DNA of 63,962 bases, filler included, from Folioceros fuciformis (GCA_049999805.1; 36 parts of 36 records of this genome joined end to end with filler, not necessarily neighbours in it); one strand, 5' to 3'. Shown: positions 1 to 13,007, counted from the first letter of the whole stretch. The notes: generated by a model not told the origin, from the sequence alone. Made by a program: numbers and translations.

Positions 1-101
1 AATAATGCCTCCGATCTAGATGCAAATATGGTTTAATTAATACATATTTTTTCTTTAAAATTAATGAGGAACAATAATTTGAAAAAGAAGGTCTCATGAA
101 C

Positions 102-575
102 CTGAGCCACTGTTTGTGATATTCTTCCAGTAGAACCAAGCAACCTACAAATTTGCTTAGCTGCAACACATGCATCGTTAGTGGATCTACCTAGTGACCG
201 AATTGCAATTGTGGGCACCAAATCCATGACTCGAAGCCCACTATTCACTACTCCGAATGAGGTGTTGGAGTTTGCATCTAATGTGTAGTTAGAGAATTGA
301 CAAATGAGGCCAGGTTCAATTTCTAAGCTAATCTGTCCGGTGCTTCCGATTTTATACCATTTTCCCATGTAAGAAGACAAGTCAAGGGAGTCATATGTTT
401 TTGGTGAGGGACATGTCCTGTTCCTCAAAACTCTTGGGCAAAACCTAGGGGGTGAACTCCCATAAGAGATGACCTCGGAATTCGAATACAAATAACAAAA
501 GTGTAGTATGAATAGAATACAAAACAACTGTCTTGGATGACAATGTGTTGTTCCAATGTTTAGTGACATTGCCAT
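102..575 (-). CDS. Secreted lipocalin-like protein, N-terminal exon (ApoD/Blc-like)
   Basis: ORF 33..575 has a hydrophobic signal-like stretch (LFCILFILHFCYLY) followed by CPSPKTYDSLDLSSYMGKWYKIG, the lipocalin SCR1 GxWY motif, and then C-x3-NYT. Probable donor CAG|GT at 102/101; the remainder is off the contig. Confidence 0.65.
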
Positions 576-1848
576 TGCTGTAATAGCTGGATCCTCAAGA
601 AGAGGTGGTTAGATGCAAAATGTTGTTGCTTTATTTCTCAGATTATGAAGGAAGCTCATGGTAGATCATTGTTGTGATTGCTGCTTCTTTTGACCTTAGA
701 TGAAGATGAGAGCTTGCTTGTAATGGTCAAGTGAATGCAGACCCAGGCTGAAATAGTAGCCATGATCTTGCACAATTTAGTAACACATATAAACTCATGT
801 TGGAGGTAGGTGAAGTTTGTGAGTTTGCCTCTTCTCTTAATGCATTATGAGTAGCCTTGAAATGAAGATTGAAGAGTGTAATAGTTTGTTTGGTTGCTTT
901 GTGATACAAAGTGAAATCATGTTTATATGGATGAAGAGGAGGCTAGAAGTGTGGTGTTTTGTTGTTCCGGTTCATGGGTCATTGCAGACTTTGTTTGTTG
1001 TAGTGTGAAAATTGAATTGTATGAGTTAGTGATTATATGATAAGTGAAGTATGTATGCATGTATGTATGTGTGTAGTTGAATGGGAGGAGAGAGAAATGG
1101 TACATGGAGGGAGTATGGGAGGTGAGGTAAAGAAGAGAGCGGAGCAGGTGTGCGGAGTTTGGCGGGGGTCCAAAGTTGGCGCCAACTTCCCAAACCAAGT
1201 AACCAACCGCGGTCCGCTTTCTTGTCAGGAGGCAGGCAGGCAGGAGAGGTGAGGTGAAGTGAGGTGAGGTGAGGTGCGGGAAAGGAGGCAGCCAGATTCA
1301 GGCTCGAACTGCACGTAGAAAGGGGGGCGGGGGGCGAGGGCGCGGAGCACATGTTCCGTGACATGAGGTTAGAGCAGGCAGCGAGGAGGAGTGTCGGGCC
1401 GCGGGCCCCCTTTGAATTTCGAACAGGCTCTCTCACTCGCTCGCAGGCCTCAAAGCCGGGGCAGGGCCCCTGCTGCACGGACCCCTCTTTCTCGCACCCC
1501 ACTCTCCCCACTGCGTTCACATGCGCAGCCAGTTCCGAGACAAATTGGCGGGGGGCACAGCGCGGGATTGCACACTCAGTCAAATTTGGCGGGGTGGGCT
1601 AAACTAAATGTGGTGGCGAAACTAGCGCCAGCTCCTGCTGCTGCTGTTACTGCTGTTGCTGTTGCTGGCTGCTCTGTGTTGATGCCGGTGCTGCTACATT
1701 GTAGCCTTCGTCGAGCACACACTGCACTGCTGGCCGGGCTGGCTGGTTGGCTGGTTGGCTGGTTGGCTGGCTGGCTTGTGCTTTCGAATTCAAAGCTTTG
1801 CAGAGCCCGCTGCGTTGCGAAGAGAGGGAGAGGGAGGAGGATGGCCTT

Positions 1849-1988
<140 letters not shown>

Positions 1989-2088
1989 NNNNNNNNNNNN
2001 NNNNNNNNNNNNNNNNNNNNNNNNNNNNNNNNTTAATTAATTAANNNNNNNNNNNNNNNNNNNNNNNNNNNNNNNNNNNNNNNNNNNN
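1989..2088. other. Artificial contig spacer N44-TTAATTAATTAA-N44 (first of 35; others start at 3501, 4686, 9208, 12908, 15279, 17281, 18510, 20201, 22078, 23685, 25163, 28066, 29729, 31049, 32379, 33542, 34838, 36619, 39763, 41472, 43038, 44192, 45750, 48216, 49384, 50928, 52258, 54208, 55378, 56810, 58111, 59454, 60630, 62634)
   Basis: Identical 100-bp N blocks, each with a central linker that gives stop codons in all six frames. Confidence 0.99.
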
Positions 2089-2371
2089 AAGGCCATGGGC
2101 ACAACTCAACAAAGGGATCACACCAGCTTTTGGCTCTACATAGTTTCCGTAGATGCATCTCGTCACAGTTTTCTTCGTAGACTAGTCGAGAGGCAATCAA
2201 CTCCTAGTCTTGCTGGCTGGCATGGATTGGTATGCCCTCTCCATCCTCGGACGATCCAAACGAGGAGTGCCAAACAACTGCTGGTGCAAACCAATACAGC
2301 AACACTGTTGGTCGACCTCATATGATGCTAGCGGCTTCCTGAGAAGCAACATCATCGTAGCATCGAAGAGT

Positions 2372-2445
2372 TGAGTTCGAACAAGTTAGCGCTTCAGGAA
2401 TAGAGTTCGAACAAGTTAGCGCTTCAGGAATAGAGTTCAAACAAG
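2372..2445 (+). repeat. 30-bp tandem duplication (GAGTTCGAACAAGTTAGCGCTTCAGGAATA, about 2.5 copies)
   Basis: Seen directly. Confidence 0.85.
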
Positions 2446-3174
2446 GTACCCCCATACGAGACTCAAAGTGCAGCAGAAACCCTAACCCCCAAACCCTCGG
2501 GTGGAAGAGTATCTACTTGTGTGTGGGTGGTGAGGCATGCTGGCTCTTTAATACATTAATGAGGTCAACTGTTTACCAAACATTGGCCATCCTGAAGCGC
2601 ATCCATCAGTTGAGAAAAAGTGTACTGGTCAAAATTCTTGACAGAATAAGAGGGCCACCTTGGACAAAAGAAACAGTAAAAATCCCGAGTACCAGATATC
2701 TTACAGGAAACCATCTCCGATCTCATGTCAGTTCACCGTTTGCCACTTGATTCCATCAAGCTTCTCCGCAGTCCCTCCATGACCTCCTCTACTCGTAACA
2801 AGCACCCGCCTTCGCGACTCTGAGACGCACAAAGAATGTTTCGACCTATGTGAGTGGTAGTGCGATACGACATGGAACACATCCCACACAGAATTCGCGC
2901 GCAGGTCTGAAATTTACCTCCTTTTCAATTCAGCTTGACAAAATTTGTCTTCGGCAACGTAGAACCATGACAGCAGGATTCCATGCCATGAATTGCATAA
3001 CGACCTGGAACATGACAATCTGTAAAGCACCAGGTCTCACTGGGTGGCTATGACGCCTTCCGCTGCTCCATTTTGAGCATCGACACAACATTCACCAAAG
3101 ACTAAGCATGTAGGACGACTCAGTAAGTGGCGAATACGTGTCTAAAATCTCGTGGTCCCCTCCCATTCAGGTGA

Positions 3175-3500
3175 CTAGTCGAACAGCTTGTCTCCGGAAG
3201 AGAAAAATAAGAAAACAATTGCACTAGCTACACACAGCACCGCAGGAGTAGCAAATACCATCTTCCAGCTGCTGGGATTGGAAGAGCCTAGCGCTGAAGC
3301 GTAAAGGATGTGACCGGTGGCTGCCACACCTATGGAACCAGCCAAGGTCCCTGCTGTATTGGATATCCCCATCAATATTCCAGCATATTTTGGTGCTATA
3401 TCCATATGGTTCACGGCAAAGCCTGCCCTGGCCAAAGCACAAGATCCCAGAGCAACAGACGAACAAAATACGGCACCTCCAGCAGACGTAACCTGCGGCA
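3175..3500 (-). CDS. PHT4;6: MFS anion/phosphate transporter PHT4;6 (ANTR5)-like, C-terminal part
   Basis: CSSVALGSCALARAGFAVNHMDIAPKYAGILMGISNTAGTLAG...SWKMVF...SSGDKLFD* matches the recalled C-terminus of Golgi PHT4;6. The frame stays open to the contig end. Confidence 0.88.
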
Positions 3501-4951
3501 NNNNNNNNNNNNNNNNNNNNNNNNNNNNNNNNNNNNNNNNNNNNTTAATTAATTAANNNNNNNNNNNNNNNNNNNNNNNNNNNNNNNNNNNNNNNNNNNN
3601 TCTGCAGGCCACTGCGATAACAGGTTTTACTCGCTGGCTAACATCGGCGGAGCCAATGGGAGCAGTCCACGGCGGGCGTGGGAGCATTCGTGTGGATAAC
3701 AGAGTATCTGCTCCCACAGTACAAATGTATTTTTGCTTTTCCCACCCCAACGCGCAAGCTGCAATTATATCAATATTTCCAGGTCACAAAATTGGGCCCG
3801 GCCGGGCCCGGCTGGGTGCCCACCAAGCGATAAGAAGAAGAGGTGGAAAGCGGGGGCAGCCGAAAAAGGAGTCCCGGCGCGGTGTGGGGGCCACCACCTG
3901 GACCTGGACCTGGACCCGCGGTGGGCCCTACACAGCTCTTTTTTCGGATTGTCGCTTGTACGCTGAAAAGCCCATGGTATACAGACTTGTCTTTCCAGAG
4001 AAACCCGGGGGAACTCTCTGGCATCACCGACCCTCCCGCATCATCATATTCATTCACATGCATGACTCGTTATTTTGTTTAACGACTGCATGACCATGCC
4101 CATGTGCCCCGCCCCGGATGGGGAGTCTTCCACCTGGATGTAACCGTTTACGGATGCCCGTTTCAGCTATTTACACCCACCATCTGTACAGTATGATGCA
4201 TGCATGCATGCATGTCGAAACCATTCCAAGGAGCGCCCAACTTCGTCGTCTAAAATAAGAGTATATTATTTGTTACAACACGGACTTTATTATCCACAAC
4301 AGATCTACATACCCAAAAAAAGAAAGGAAGGGCATTCAAAACTAAGCAGCAGGATTAGACCCTACTATCTTGCTTTTTTCTTCCCACCCCACAAACAACT
4401 TTTGTGGTTAGAGATTGACACAAACAACTTGGTGGTTAGAGATGTGAAATGTTAAATAGCCTATCTATTACCCAGATCGAAGAAGCAGCTTCCCTTGTTC
4501 GCACTTCCCCACTTCCCCCTATATCATGTTGGCAATCTAAGTCTCAATGGTCAAGGGGATGAAGAAGAAGAAGAAGAAGAAGGAGAAGAATTTTATTTAA
4601 GTCTACTAAGGACGGATTTCCGTCATGGGACTAAATTGTCAGACATTGAAAAGAAAAAGAAGACACTTAACAGATAGCGTAATGCNNNNNNNNNNNNNNN
4701 NNNNNNNNNNNNNNNNNNNNNNNNNNNNNTTAATTAATTAANNNNNNNNNNNNNNNNNNNNNNNNNNNNNNNNNNNNNNNNNNNNCGGGGCTGCTGCGGT
4801 CTTGGGCTCTGGGCTGCTGGGCAGCAGAGAGCTCGGCTATGGGTGCGGGGCCTGAGGTGCAGGCCCTGCACGTGGCCGACATTCTGTTCTGCAGTTCGCG
4901 CTTCCATGAAACGTCTCCTGCTCCTGCTTCTGCTCCTCCTTGTCTTGTGCA

Positions 4952-7900
4952 ATGGCGTTACGGAGCGGCGCTGCCGCCAGCCCTGTAGATAGAATGAGCG
5001 CGATGGGACCTGGGATTGCTGGGTCGCAAATGCCCAGCTCCTTGCACCAGCAGCATCAGCAGCAGCAGCCGCCCCAGCCCCAGCCGCAGCCGCAGCCGCA
5101 GCAGCACCAGGGGGCGATGCAGCATTCGCAATCGCCGTCGTCTGGCTCTGCGCTGGCTCAGGTTCGAAGGACCCAGAAACTGGAGCTCTCCGGGGTTCCC
5201 GGGGACCAGTTTCCTATCGGCCTCCGCGTTCTTGTGGTGGATGACGACATGTGTTGCCTCCGCGTGGTTGATCAGATGCTTAAGATGTGCGGCTATCAAG
5301 GTGAGTGTGCGTGCACTGGGGCTCCTGTGATCAGCATGCACAACAGTTTGATGTGATTACGGTGTTGGGTTTTTGGCTCTGATGTCTGTCAGCCCACGGT
5401 TGACAGACCTCAGAACCAGACGCCATGGTGGGGAATCTTGGCTTCTGCTTCCGCTGCTCTTGACGAGGCCACAGCTCATTGCAGTTCCTGCCTCGGCAGG
5501 GAGACCCAGCATTGGCTTCTTCGGTCGCGTGGTTCGGTCGCTTGGTTTGTGGATGTCTGTCCGTCTGTCCGTTTGTGGGTCGCATTCATGACGAGGTTGT
5601 TGCTCTGCTGTGAGAGCAATCCACTTGTTTGTCGGCGGACGTGTAAGGAAAACTGATCTGCGTTTTGCTCTTTCTCGCCACTTTCAGCGTGCTCATGGTT
5701 CAGAGGTTTTCTTTTGGTTGCAGTGACCACGTGTCCCTTGGCAACAAAGGCGCTGGAGCTTCTGAGAACAAACAAGGATGCATTCGACCTTGTTATCAGT
5801 GATGTGCACATGCCGGACATGGATGGTTTCAAGCTGCTGGAGCTTGTTGGACTGGAAATGGATCTTCCGGTGATCAGTAAGTCCTTTTGTGGGTTTGGTG
5901 CCTGTTATGGTTTCATAGAGGGTGATGTATGCTATGTTTTCGTTGCCTCACCCTTGCAGGAGCTAATTGCTCGGGTTGCCTTTGGATCTGCAGTGATGTC
6001 CGCAAACGGAGAAACAGCTCAAGTCATGAAGGGAGTCACTCACGGAGCCTGTGACTACCTTCTTAAACCTGTACGGCAGGCAGAACTGAGCAACATTTGG
6101 CAACATGTTGTTCGAAAGAAGAGGAACGAGAATAAAGATGCCGAACAGTCCGGGAGTCTGGAGGATGACAGACATAAGAAGGGTGCAGATGATGGTGATT
6201 TGACGTCCTCTGTGAATGACGCCGCTGATGGCAACTGGAAGTTGTCGAAGAAAAGGAAGGATGCGAAGGAGGATGATGATGACAACGAGCAGGACAATGA
6301 TGACCCCTCTACTTTGAAGAAGCCGCGAGTCGTCTGGTCTGTGGAGCTGCATCAGCAGTTTGTCAGTGCTGTTAACAAATTAGGAATAGAGAGTAAGCCT
6401 TCTTTCCCCTATTCGGAAGCTCGCATCCGCTATTTGAAGCCTCCGTGACTCGAGGTATGTTACTTCCCTGCTGAGCCCGTAGCTGACCTCGTGCCTCTGT
6501 TTGCAGAAGCTGTCCCGAAACGCATTCTCGAGCTCATGAGCGTTCATGGTTTAACTCGTGAAAATGTTGCCAGCCATTTGCAGGTATTCTAGACCGCAAT
6601 GTTCTGCATATCTCTTGTGACTTCCCACTTTCTGTCCAAGCATTTGGTTCCGCAGGGACTCTGTGCTTGATTTGTCCTCTCACCTTGTTTTGGGGTGGTA
6701 ATGTGACAAGCAGAAGTATCGTCTGTACCTGAAGCGTCTTAGCGGAGTCACCCACACGCAGGGCAATCCATACGGAGGAGCAGCGGATCCATTCGGACCA
6801 ATGGCTGCGCTGGACGGGGTTGGGGATCTACGTGCTCTTGCAGCAGCTGCCCAGTTGACACCTCAGGGACTTGCAGCATTGCAGGCGAATGTGTTGAATA
6901 GAATGAACCCTGGACCCAATGGCATGGGGCTGGGTGGTCTCGACTCCTCCGTGTTGCTGCACATGTCCCAAGGAGGAAATGCGGGACATTTGTCAAGGAG
7001 GGTGCCCCAGCACATGCTAAACTTGCACATGCAAGGGGTGCCGAATGCACTGGACTTGGACTCGCTCTGCCAGCCGCAGCAACTTTCCATGGGCTTAGCA
7101 GGTCCGGCTCCATTAGAGGATGTCGCAGGGCTGACTGCTGCATTACAGCATCAGCTGGCAACTGCCGGCGGGCTATCTGGCATGGGCACTGTAGGAGGCA
7201 TGAATGGCAGCTTATCTCCGAATCCCAATAACAATGCTTTGATGATGCAGCTATTGCAACAGCAGCAGCAGCAACTACAGAACTCTCACTCCGAGGTTGG
7301 AGCAAATGTAAGCCTACAAGGCGGGGGCCTCCTGGGGCAGCACATGCTACCAAGTGACATGAACCTCGGCCGGGCCGGACCACTACCAAGCCTAACTGCT
7401 GTGAATGCTTGCCTGGGCGATGGGTCTGGCCTCCCGAGCCTGGCTGGTAGCAGGGGACTAGGTGTGCCTCCTATCAGCACAGGGTGTGCCATGTCTAACA
7501 CTCTGTCCGCTTTAGTGAGACCGAGCATCGAAGGCAAGTTGGGTGGTGGGCAGCAGCCGTTCCCCTGTGTGAGCAGCGTGCCGTCCTCTCCCGTGGGGCT
7601 GGTTAGCCCCTCGGCGATGAAGGACCTGAGTGGTGGGCTAGGGAGCATCACCGACTGCCTCACCAGCAAGCCAGTAGTGAGGGGGAACTCCGGCACCAAC
7701 TTCACACCACTTGGAAACTTGAGTCGAGGACTTGGGCAGTCCTTGAACTCCAACAACAGGCCAAACTGGCAGAGCCATGGGCCGGGCCTCGGCGGGCCTG
7801 ATTTCTCCCAGCCATTGAGCCCCGTTATAAACGGGCCTCATCAAAGATACGCTCAGATGAATGCCCCTGCGCAAGAGATGAATGCAGGATTCGTCCGAGG

Positions 7901-8132
7901 GCAAGGATTCTTGGGGCAAGGAGTCCCTTACAGTGGCAGACTATCTGTCGATACTTCAGGTGCCATATCGCTGAGCGAGCAGTCGACTGCAGACAGTGAT
8001 ATGAAGCTCAAGGACGAGAGAGCTGTGGATTCGATTTTCAGTGCGAAGTTGGATGGTGGTTTGATGGCCCATCGCGATGACGACCTCCTCGGCATGTTCA
8101 TGGAGCAGGTTTCCCGTGCACCTCTTTTTTAA
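4952..8132 (+). CDS. Type-B cytokinin response regulator (receiver + GARP/Myb + Q/G-rich activation domain); exons 4952-5300, 5724-5876, 5994-6392, 6507-6583, 6714-~8108/8132
   Basis: [13 protein letters not shown]...[36 protein letters not shown]...GACDYLLKP receiver with intact phospho-acceptor Asp; [15 protein letters not shown]...[11 protein letters not shown]...[23 protein letters not shown] domain; canonical GT-AG introns. The 3' end is uncertain (possible donor at 8109). Confidence 0.95.
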
Positions 8133-8612
8133 GCTTGGTTGGATGACTTGAAGCTGAGTACATAGCACATCGAGCAGAGACAGCAGGAATTGGTTTGACC
8201 GCGTACAAATGTAGCCACAGTTGGACGGTATTCTTTTCACTTAGCACTAGTCGCAGCAGTCGCAGCAAGCGCTTTCCTCCTGGCTTGCGGATAGGCAACT
8301 CACAGAATGGAGCTCTCAATATATCTAAAAAGAATTTGGTTACACGTTACAACGATGGTGCCTCCCTACCTGCTATGCTGAGTTGAAGCCGCCACTCTCT
8401 GCTGGGCTCGATTTCAACTGAGCTACCAAACATCTACATCACGACAAAGAGGCCATCTCCAGAAAGGTCTGGAGCATTCAAGGACTCCAGTTGGAAGGGG
8501 TGGCAGGCGAGCGATGCCTTCGCCTTGCCGCAAGTTGCCCTTTTCAGCCTCGCCACATGCAAAGCGTCTACCAGCTCTCCAGGGACCTTCTGCACTGACA
8601 TTGTCAGTCTTG

Positions 8613-8665
8613 GAATTCACAAAGTCAGTGAAATTCACAAAGTCAGTGAAATTCACAAAGTCAGT
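8613..8665 (+). repeat. 18-bp tandem repeat (AATTCACAAAGTCAGTGA x3)
   Basis: Seen directly. Confidence 0.9.
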
Positions 8666-9307
8666 TCTGCAAATAAAACCTTCTAGAAGAGATTTTTCCG
8701 AGTCGTCCCACATGTAGCCTTCGCAGGCTTCTGACATGTGTATCAGGCCCAACACTCCTTCCTGCGGTCCATTTCATCCTCCCTCAGTAACCAGCAAATG
8801 ATGGCACACCAAAGCAAAAAAAATCACATGCCGTTGCAGACATATCATTGAAACCCGAGCACCGAGCAAATGATGGCCTCAACCTCGTCCAGATGCGGAC
8901 TCCCACCTTCCCAAACTCCATCTTCTACCCCCGGCACCGCACCACATACTCCAACCTACCAGAAACGCCAAAACACAAACAAATCCTTACCGCATCATCC
9001 TCATTCCACGCCTTTCAACTGCCGCGGTGAATTCCCCTGCACTGTCTTCCACCTCACTGCACACGTTTCCGAACTAATCCCTCACAGAAACGACCTCGAA
9101 CGAATCCTCCATCTCAACCCGCATCAAACAATTCCATCTCACGCAAGCTTCCGCTCACGAGGATCCACTTCATCCCCCTCCTCCACAAACATCCACACAT
9201 TCCAACCNNNNNNNNNNNNNNNNNNNNNNNNNNNNNNNNNNNNNNNNNNNNTTAATTAATTAANNNNNNNNNNNNNNNNNNNNNNNNNNNNNNNNNNNNN
9301 NNNNNNN

Positions 9308-10796
9308 GTTTGGGGCAAAGGGCAGCTAACGGTGTCAAGGGGCAATTAGAAGCAAGGGTAGGTTAGAGTTAGGGTTCTTGGTTGGGGTTAGGTCTCGGTC
9401 AGACTTAGGTTAGGTTTAGGTCGGACCTAGGTTAGGTCTAGGTCAGACCTAGGTTAGGTCTAGGTCAGACCTAGGTTAGGTCTAGGTCAGACCTAGGTTA
9501 GGTCTAGGTCAGACCTAGGTTAGGTCTAGGTCAAACCTAGGTTAGGTTTAGGTCAGACCTAGGTTAGGTCTAGGTCAGGCCTAGATTAGGGTTAGGTCAG
9601 ACCTAGGTTAGGGTTAGGTCATACCTAGGTTAGGGTTAGGTCATACCTAGGTTAGGTTTAGATCATACCTAGGTTAGGTTTAGGTCATAACTAGGTTAGG
9701 TTTAGGTCATACCTAGGTTAGGTTTAGGTCATACCTAGGTTAGGTTTAGGTCAGACCTAGGTTAGGTTAGGTCATACTTAGGTTAGGTTTAGGTCAGAAC
9801 CGGATGTAGGATGGTTTAGGTCAGAGAGAGAGATGGTTAGGTAGTTAACTCAGGTTAACCCTAGTAGACAGAGATGAGGGCTAGGCAGTATAAGAGGGAG
9901 GATCTACCATTGAGAGGGGGGCTGTCTATGGTGCGATTTCCCTGGACCTTGTGTGCAGAACTCCTGGCTTAGGACGCTGAGCCGGTTGAGACTAAACCAA
10001 GGTCCTGATTTCCCTTGCCACTAGGAGAACGTGGAGGATCCCAAGACTACCAAGATCCGTGTGGCCGGATCCGCAAGGGTTGAATGATTCGCAGGCTGGC
10101 TGAAGTGAAGGGACAGGACCGTGAGCCAGGAGGGCTATCCAGTCCTAATAATATCTACACTACACTTGAAGGCTGCAAGGAGTGAAGTCATTGTGTCCCA
10201 ATTTCCAGGGATAGCTGAAGCAAAGGGAGGAAGAGTTGGAGTGAAGTGCATAGAAGTGAAGAGTGAGTTGCTGAGGTGCAGTAGTGTGCGTTGAAGTGAA
10301 GGGTGAAGTACTGAAGTGAGGAAGGAAGGACTGAAGTGGGAAGCATGAGGAGCTGAAGGACTAGAGATCTGGAGTGTGAGTTGTGTGAGCTGAAGTGAAG
10401 AAGGGAGGAGTGAAGTGGGACTCATGAATAGTTGAAGGATTGAAGATCTGGAGTGCGGGTTGTGTGAGTTGATTTGAAGATAGGCTAGGCTACTAGCCTC
10501 CTTGTTGTGTGCGTGTGGACAAGTCTATGGACTGGCTGATAGGTAGAAGTGTGAGTGGATAGCTGTAGGTGTTCCTTGACACTGGTTCACTCCCTTGGGA
10601 GCGAATCATAAGGCTGCAACGACAATACGGGAAAGTGTGGCCCTTTGGTGGTTCTTGGGTGCAAGAAACCACTCCACAGCAGCTTACAACCAGTTTGCAA
10701 CTCGGCCATAGTAACAAAGGGAGAAAATACACTGAAGGAGTCAATCTTCAAACGAAGTGGGTAAGCAAAAGTATAACAACTAAAGTCTCCACAACA
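9308..10796. mobile_element. Probable LTR (ends ...CCACAACA at 10796) inserted into a copia integrase region
   Basis: The copia pol homology (SLGGANHFMT) breaks exactly at a TGTTG/CAACA terminus; the segment is non-coding and repeat-rich. Confidence 0.55.
9360..9825 (+). repeat. Telomere-like (TTAGG-based) 22-bp minisatellite GGTCAGACCTAGGTTAGGTCTA
   Basis: About 19 tandem units with graded substitutions; TTAGG/TTAGGG/TTTAGG cores. Confidence 0.9.
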
Positions 10797-12269
10797 GTCA
10801 TAAAGTGATTAGCCCCGCCAAGTGAAGGACAGGGAGTGGCCCACAAAGATGAATGTGGACAAGCTCCAAGGGTTGAGTAGCCAGACATGCAAAAAGATCA
10901 GGATACCGTGAACTGCGTTGCTTAGCATAAATACAAGATTCACACAACGGTGGCGTCTTTGTAAAAATAGGCAGCCTATCCCTAAACAAGTCCTGCTTAG
11001 ACATCTCTAAGAGCTTGGAATAATTGATGTGGCCAAGCCTAGAGTGCCAGAGAAAAGCATCACCATGACGTGAGCTCCCCTTGTCGATGGTAGCCGAAGC
11101 AGCAGCCGCCTGTGGAGCCAACGTTGCCAGCATGGGCTTGCCGACGAGGACATATAAATCATGGCGAGGATGGCCTCGTGCAATAACACGGCCTGGATGA
11201 ATAGACCGAGTGAGTAGACAATCACCACGTCCAAAGTCCAGCCTGTAGATGCCATCCTTAACCAAGTGACAAACGGAAATTAAATTCTTGGCCATCTCAA
11301 GTACATGCAGCACATCAGTGAGTAGAAGGGAAGAACCATCTTCCAATTCAAAAGTCACTGAGCCAGTGCCCGCTATTGAGAGGCCAGAGTCATCGCTAAG
11401 GAGAACAAAGCGATGAAGAGCATCAGCCGCCGAATATGTCGTAAACATGTGTTTGTGGCTGCATATGTGACCAGAAGCTGCAGAGTCGAGCAGCCAAAAA
11501 GATTTATACTCAGATGCAACCAAACAAACTGTTAAAGCAATGTCGGTCTTGGAATTATGCCTTGCTTTAGTAACAACCGATGTGTTAGCGATTTTGGTGT
11601 CCTGCTTGGGCTCACCAGCCTTCTTCTTACGGCATTTCTACTCCCAATGTCCTTGGGTTTTGCACCAATTACATGTCCCCTTACGTCTAGGGGTTGAGGA
11701 AGAATTTGATGTAGAAGGCCCAGAGGAGGTGGTACCAGGAGTAGAAGGCCGACAATTGGCATTTGGGTTCTTGAACTTGTTGAATGGTTGTCTACCTTTG
11801 GTGACAAACATCACCCTATCACCACCATGTTTCGAGGTGTCGGCATTGAACTTAGGAGCCTCTTCTTGTACAAGAGCACCAGCTATCTCGGAGATACAAA
11901 TTGAAGGTGTCTTATTAGCACGCACAGCTTGATGAGCTTCACGTATAGTGCCATTTTGTGAAGAAACAAAAGATTGAAAGCTAGCTGGGAGGCTGGCTAG
12001 TAGCTGCACTGAAGCTTCGAACTCTGTTATTGGAGTCTCCAAAGCAGCAAGTTGAGCACGCAGATACCGAAACTTGCTCACATGAGTAGCAACACGGTCA
12101 GAAGGTTGCATTCTTAAAGAATAAAATTCATTGCGAACCGTGACCAATGTCATTACGTTGGTGGATTGGTAAATATCCGTGATCTGCCTCCAAGCTTCTA
12201 CTGAGGTGAGGGCACCATCGGTGTGATGGAGAGTGACTTTGTCCAGGCCAGAAATAAGCATGTGCATAG
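10797..12269 (-). mobile_element. Degenerate Ty1/copia gag-protease-GAG-pre-integrase-integrase start
   Basis: UBN2-type gag (VATHVSKFRYLRAQL...LLASLPASF), zinc knuckle CNWCKTQGHWE*KC, protease WLLDSAASGHIC, LWHSRLGHIN, CESCIYAKQ, PLELVHIHLCGP; contains stops and a frameshift. Confidence 0.93.
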
Positions 12270-12907
12270 TGTGGAGGCAAAACCCTGGGCACTGATTGCC
12301 AACGGGTTCCACCTTTAGTGGCCACACTTATCCCACTGTCGTTGAGACATTGGGTTTCATTCCCACGAAGGAGCGATGGGGTTCCTTGCTGCTGTGGATG
12401 GAGGGTCGAACTTAATCGACTCGATGATGGATTCGAGGGCTCCCCTCCAGCTCCGATCAGGCGTAGGACATGCCTCGCTGTCCGGGGGTCAGCTGCACCT
12501 CTCTCGGTGCCCACAAACTCACTCCAGTCACTACAACGACCCTAACCTCTTAGATCTGCGATTTCCCTCACTCACTTCACTCACTCTCTCACTCCAGCAC
12601 CAACACTAGCAACTAACAAGTACACCACTACCTTCTACACTTCCCTACTGACTCCTCCTACCTGGCAAGAGTCACTAGACTAACCCCAAAGAAAAGAAAG
12701 AAGGGAACACACTCCCCTCTTGGGTATCTCCCCCCTACAACCTTACCAGACGCCATGAAACATGGCCGGCCTACAGCACTTGTCCAAGCAAGGAACAAGA
12801 GTGGACAGGTCGAGAGAAAGACACATCCTTTACAATCAAGAGCTAGGGGCAAGCCCCTTCACCCTGGTCATTACACCTTGTGATCCTACCAGACACTATA
12901 CAATCGG
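12270..12907 (+). mobile_element. LTR-like repeat family A (starts TGTGGAGGCAAAACCC), inserted into copia gag
   Basis: The same sequence, with the same TG start but different flanks, occurs at 18296, 42753 and (reverse) 61938. Confidence 0.8.
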
Positions 12908-13007
12908 NNNNNNNNNNNNNNNNNNNNNNNNNNNNNNNNNNNNNNNNNNNNTTAATTAATTAANNNNNNNNNNNNNNNNNNNNNNNNNNNNNNNNNNNNN
13001 NNNNNNN

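Noticed and set aside
9360-9825. True telomere end
   Set aside because: The unit is a 22-bp composite, internal to the contig and flanked by non-telomeric sequence.
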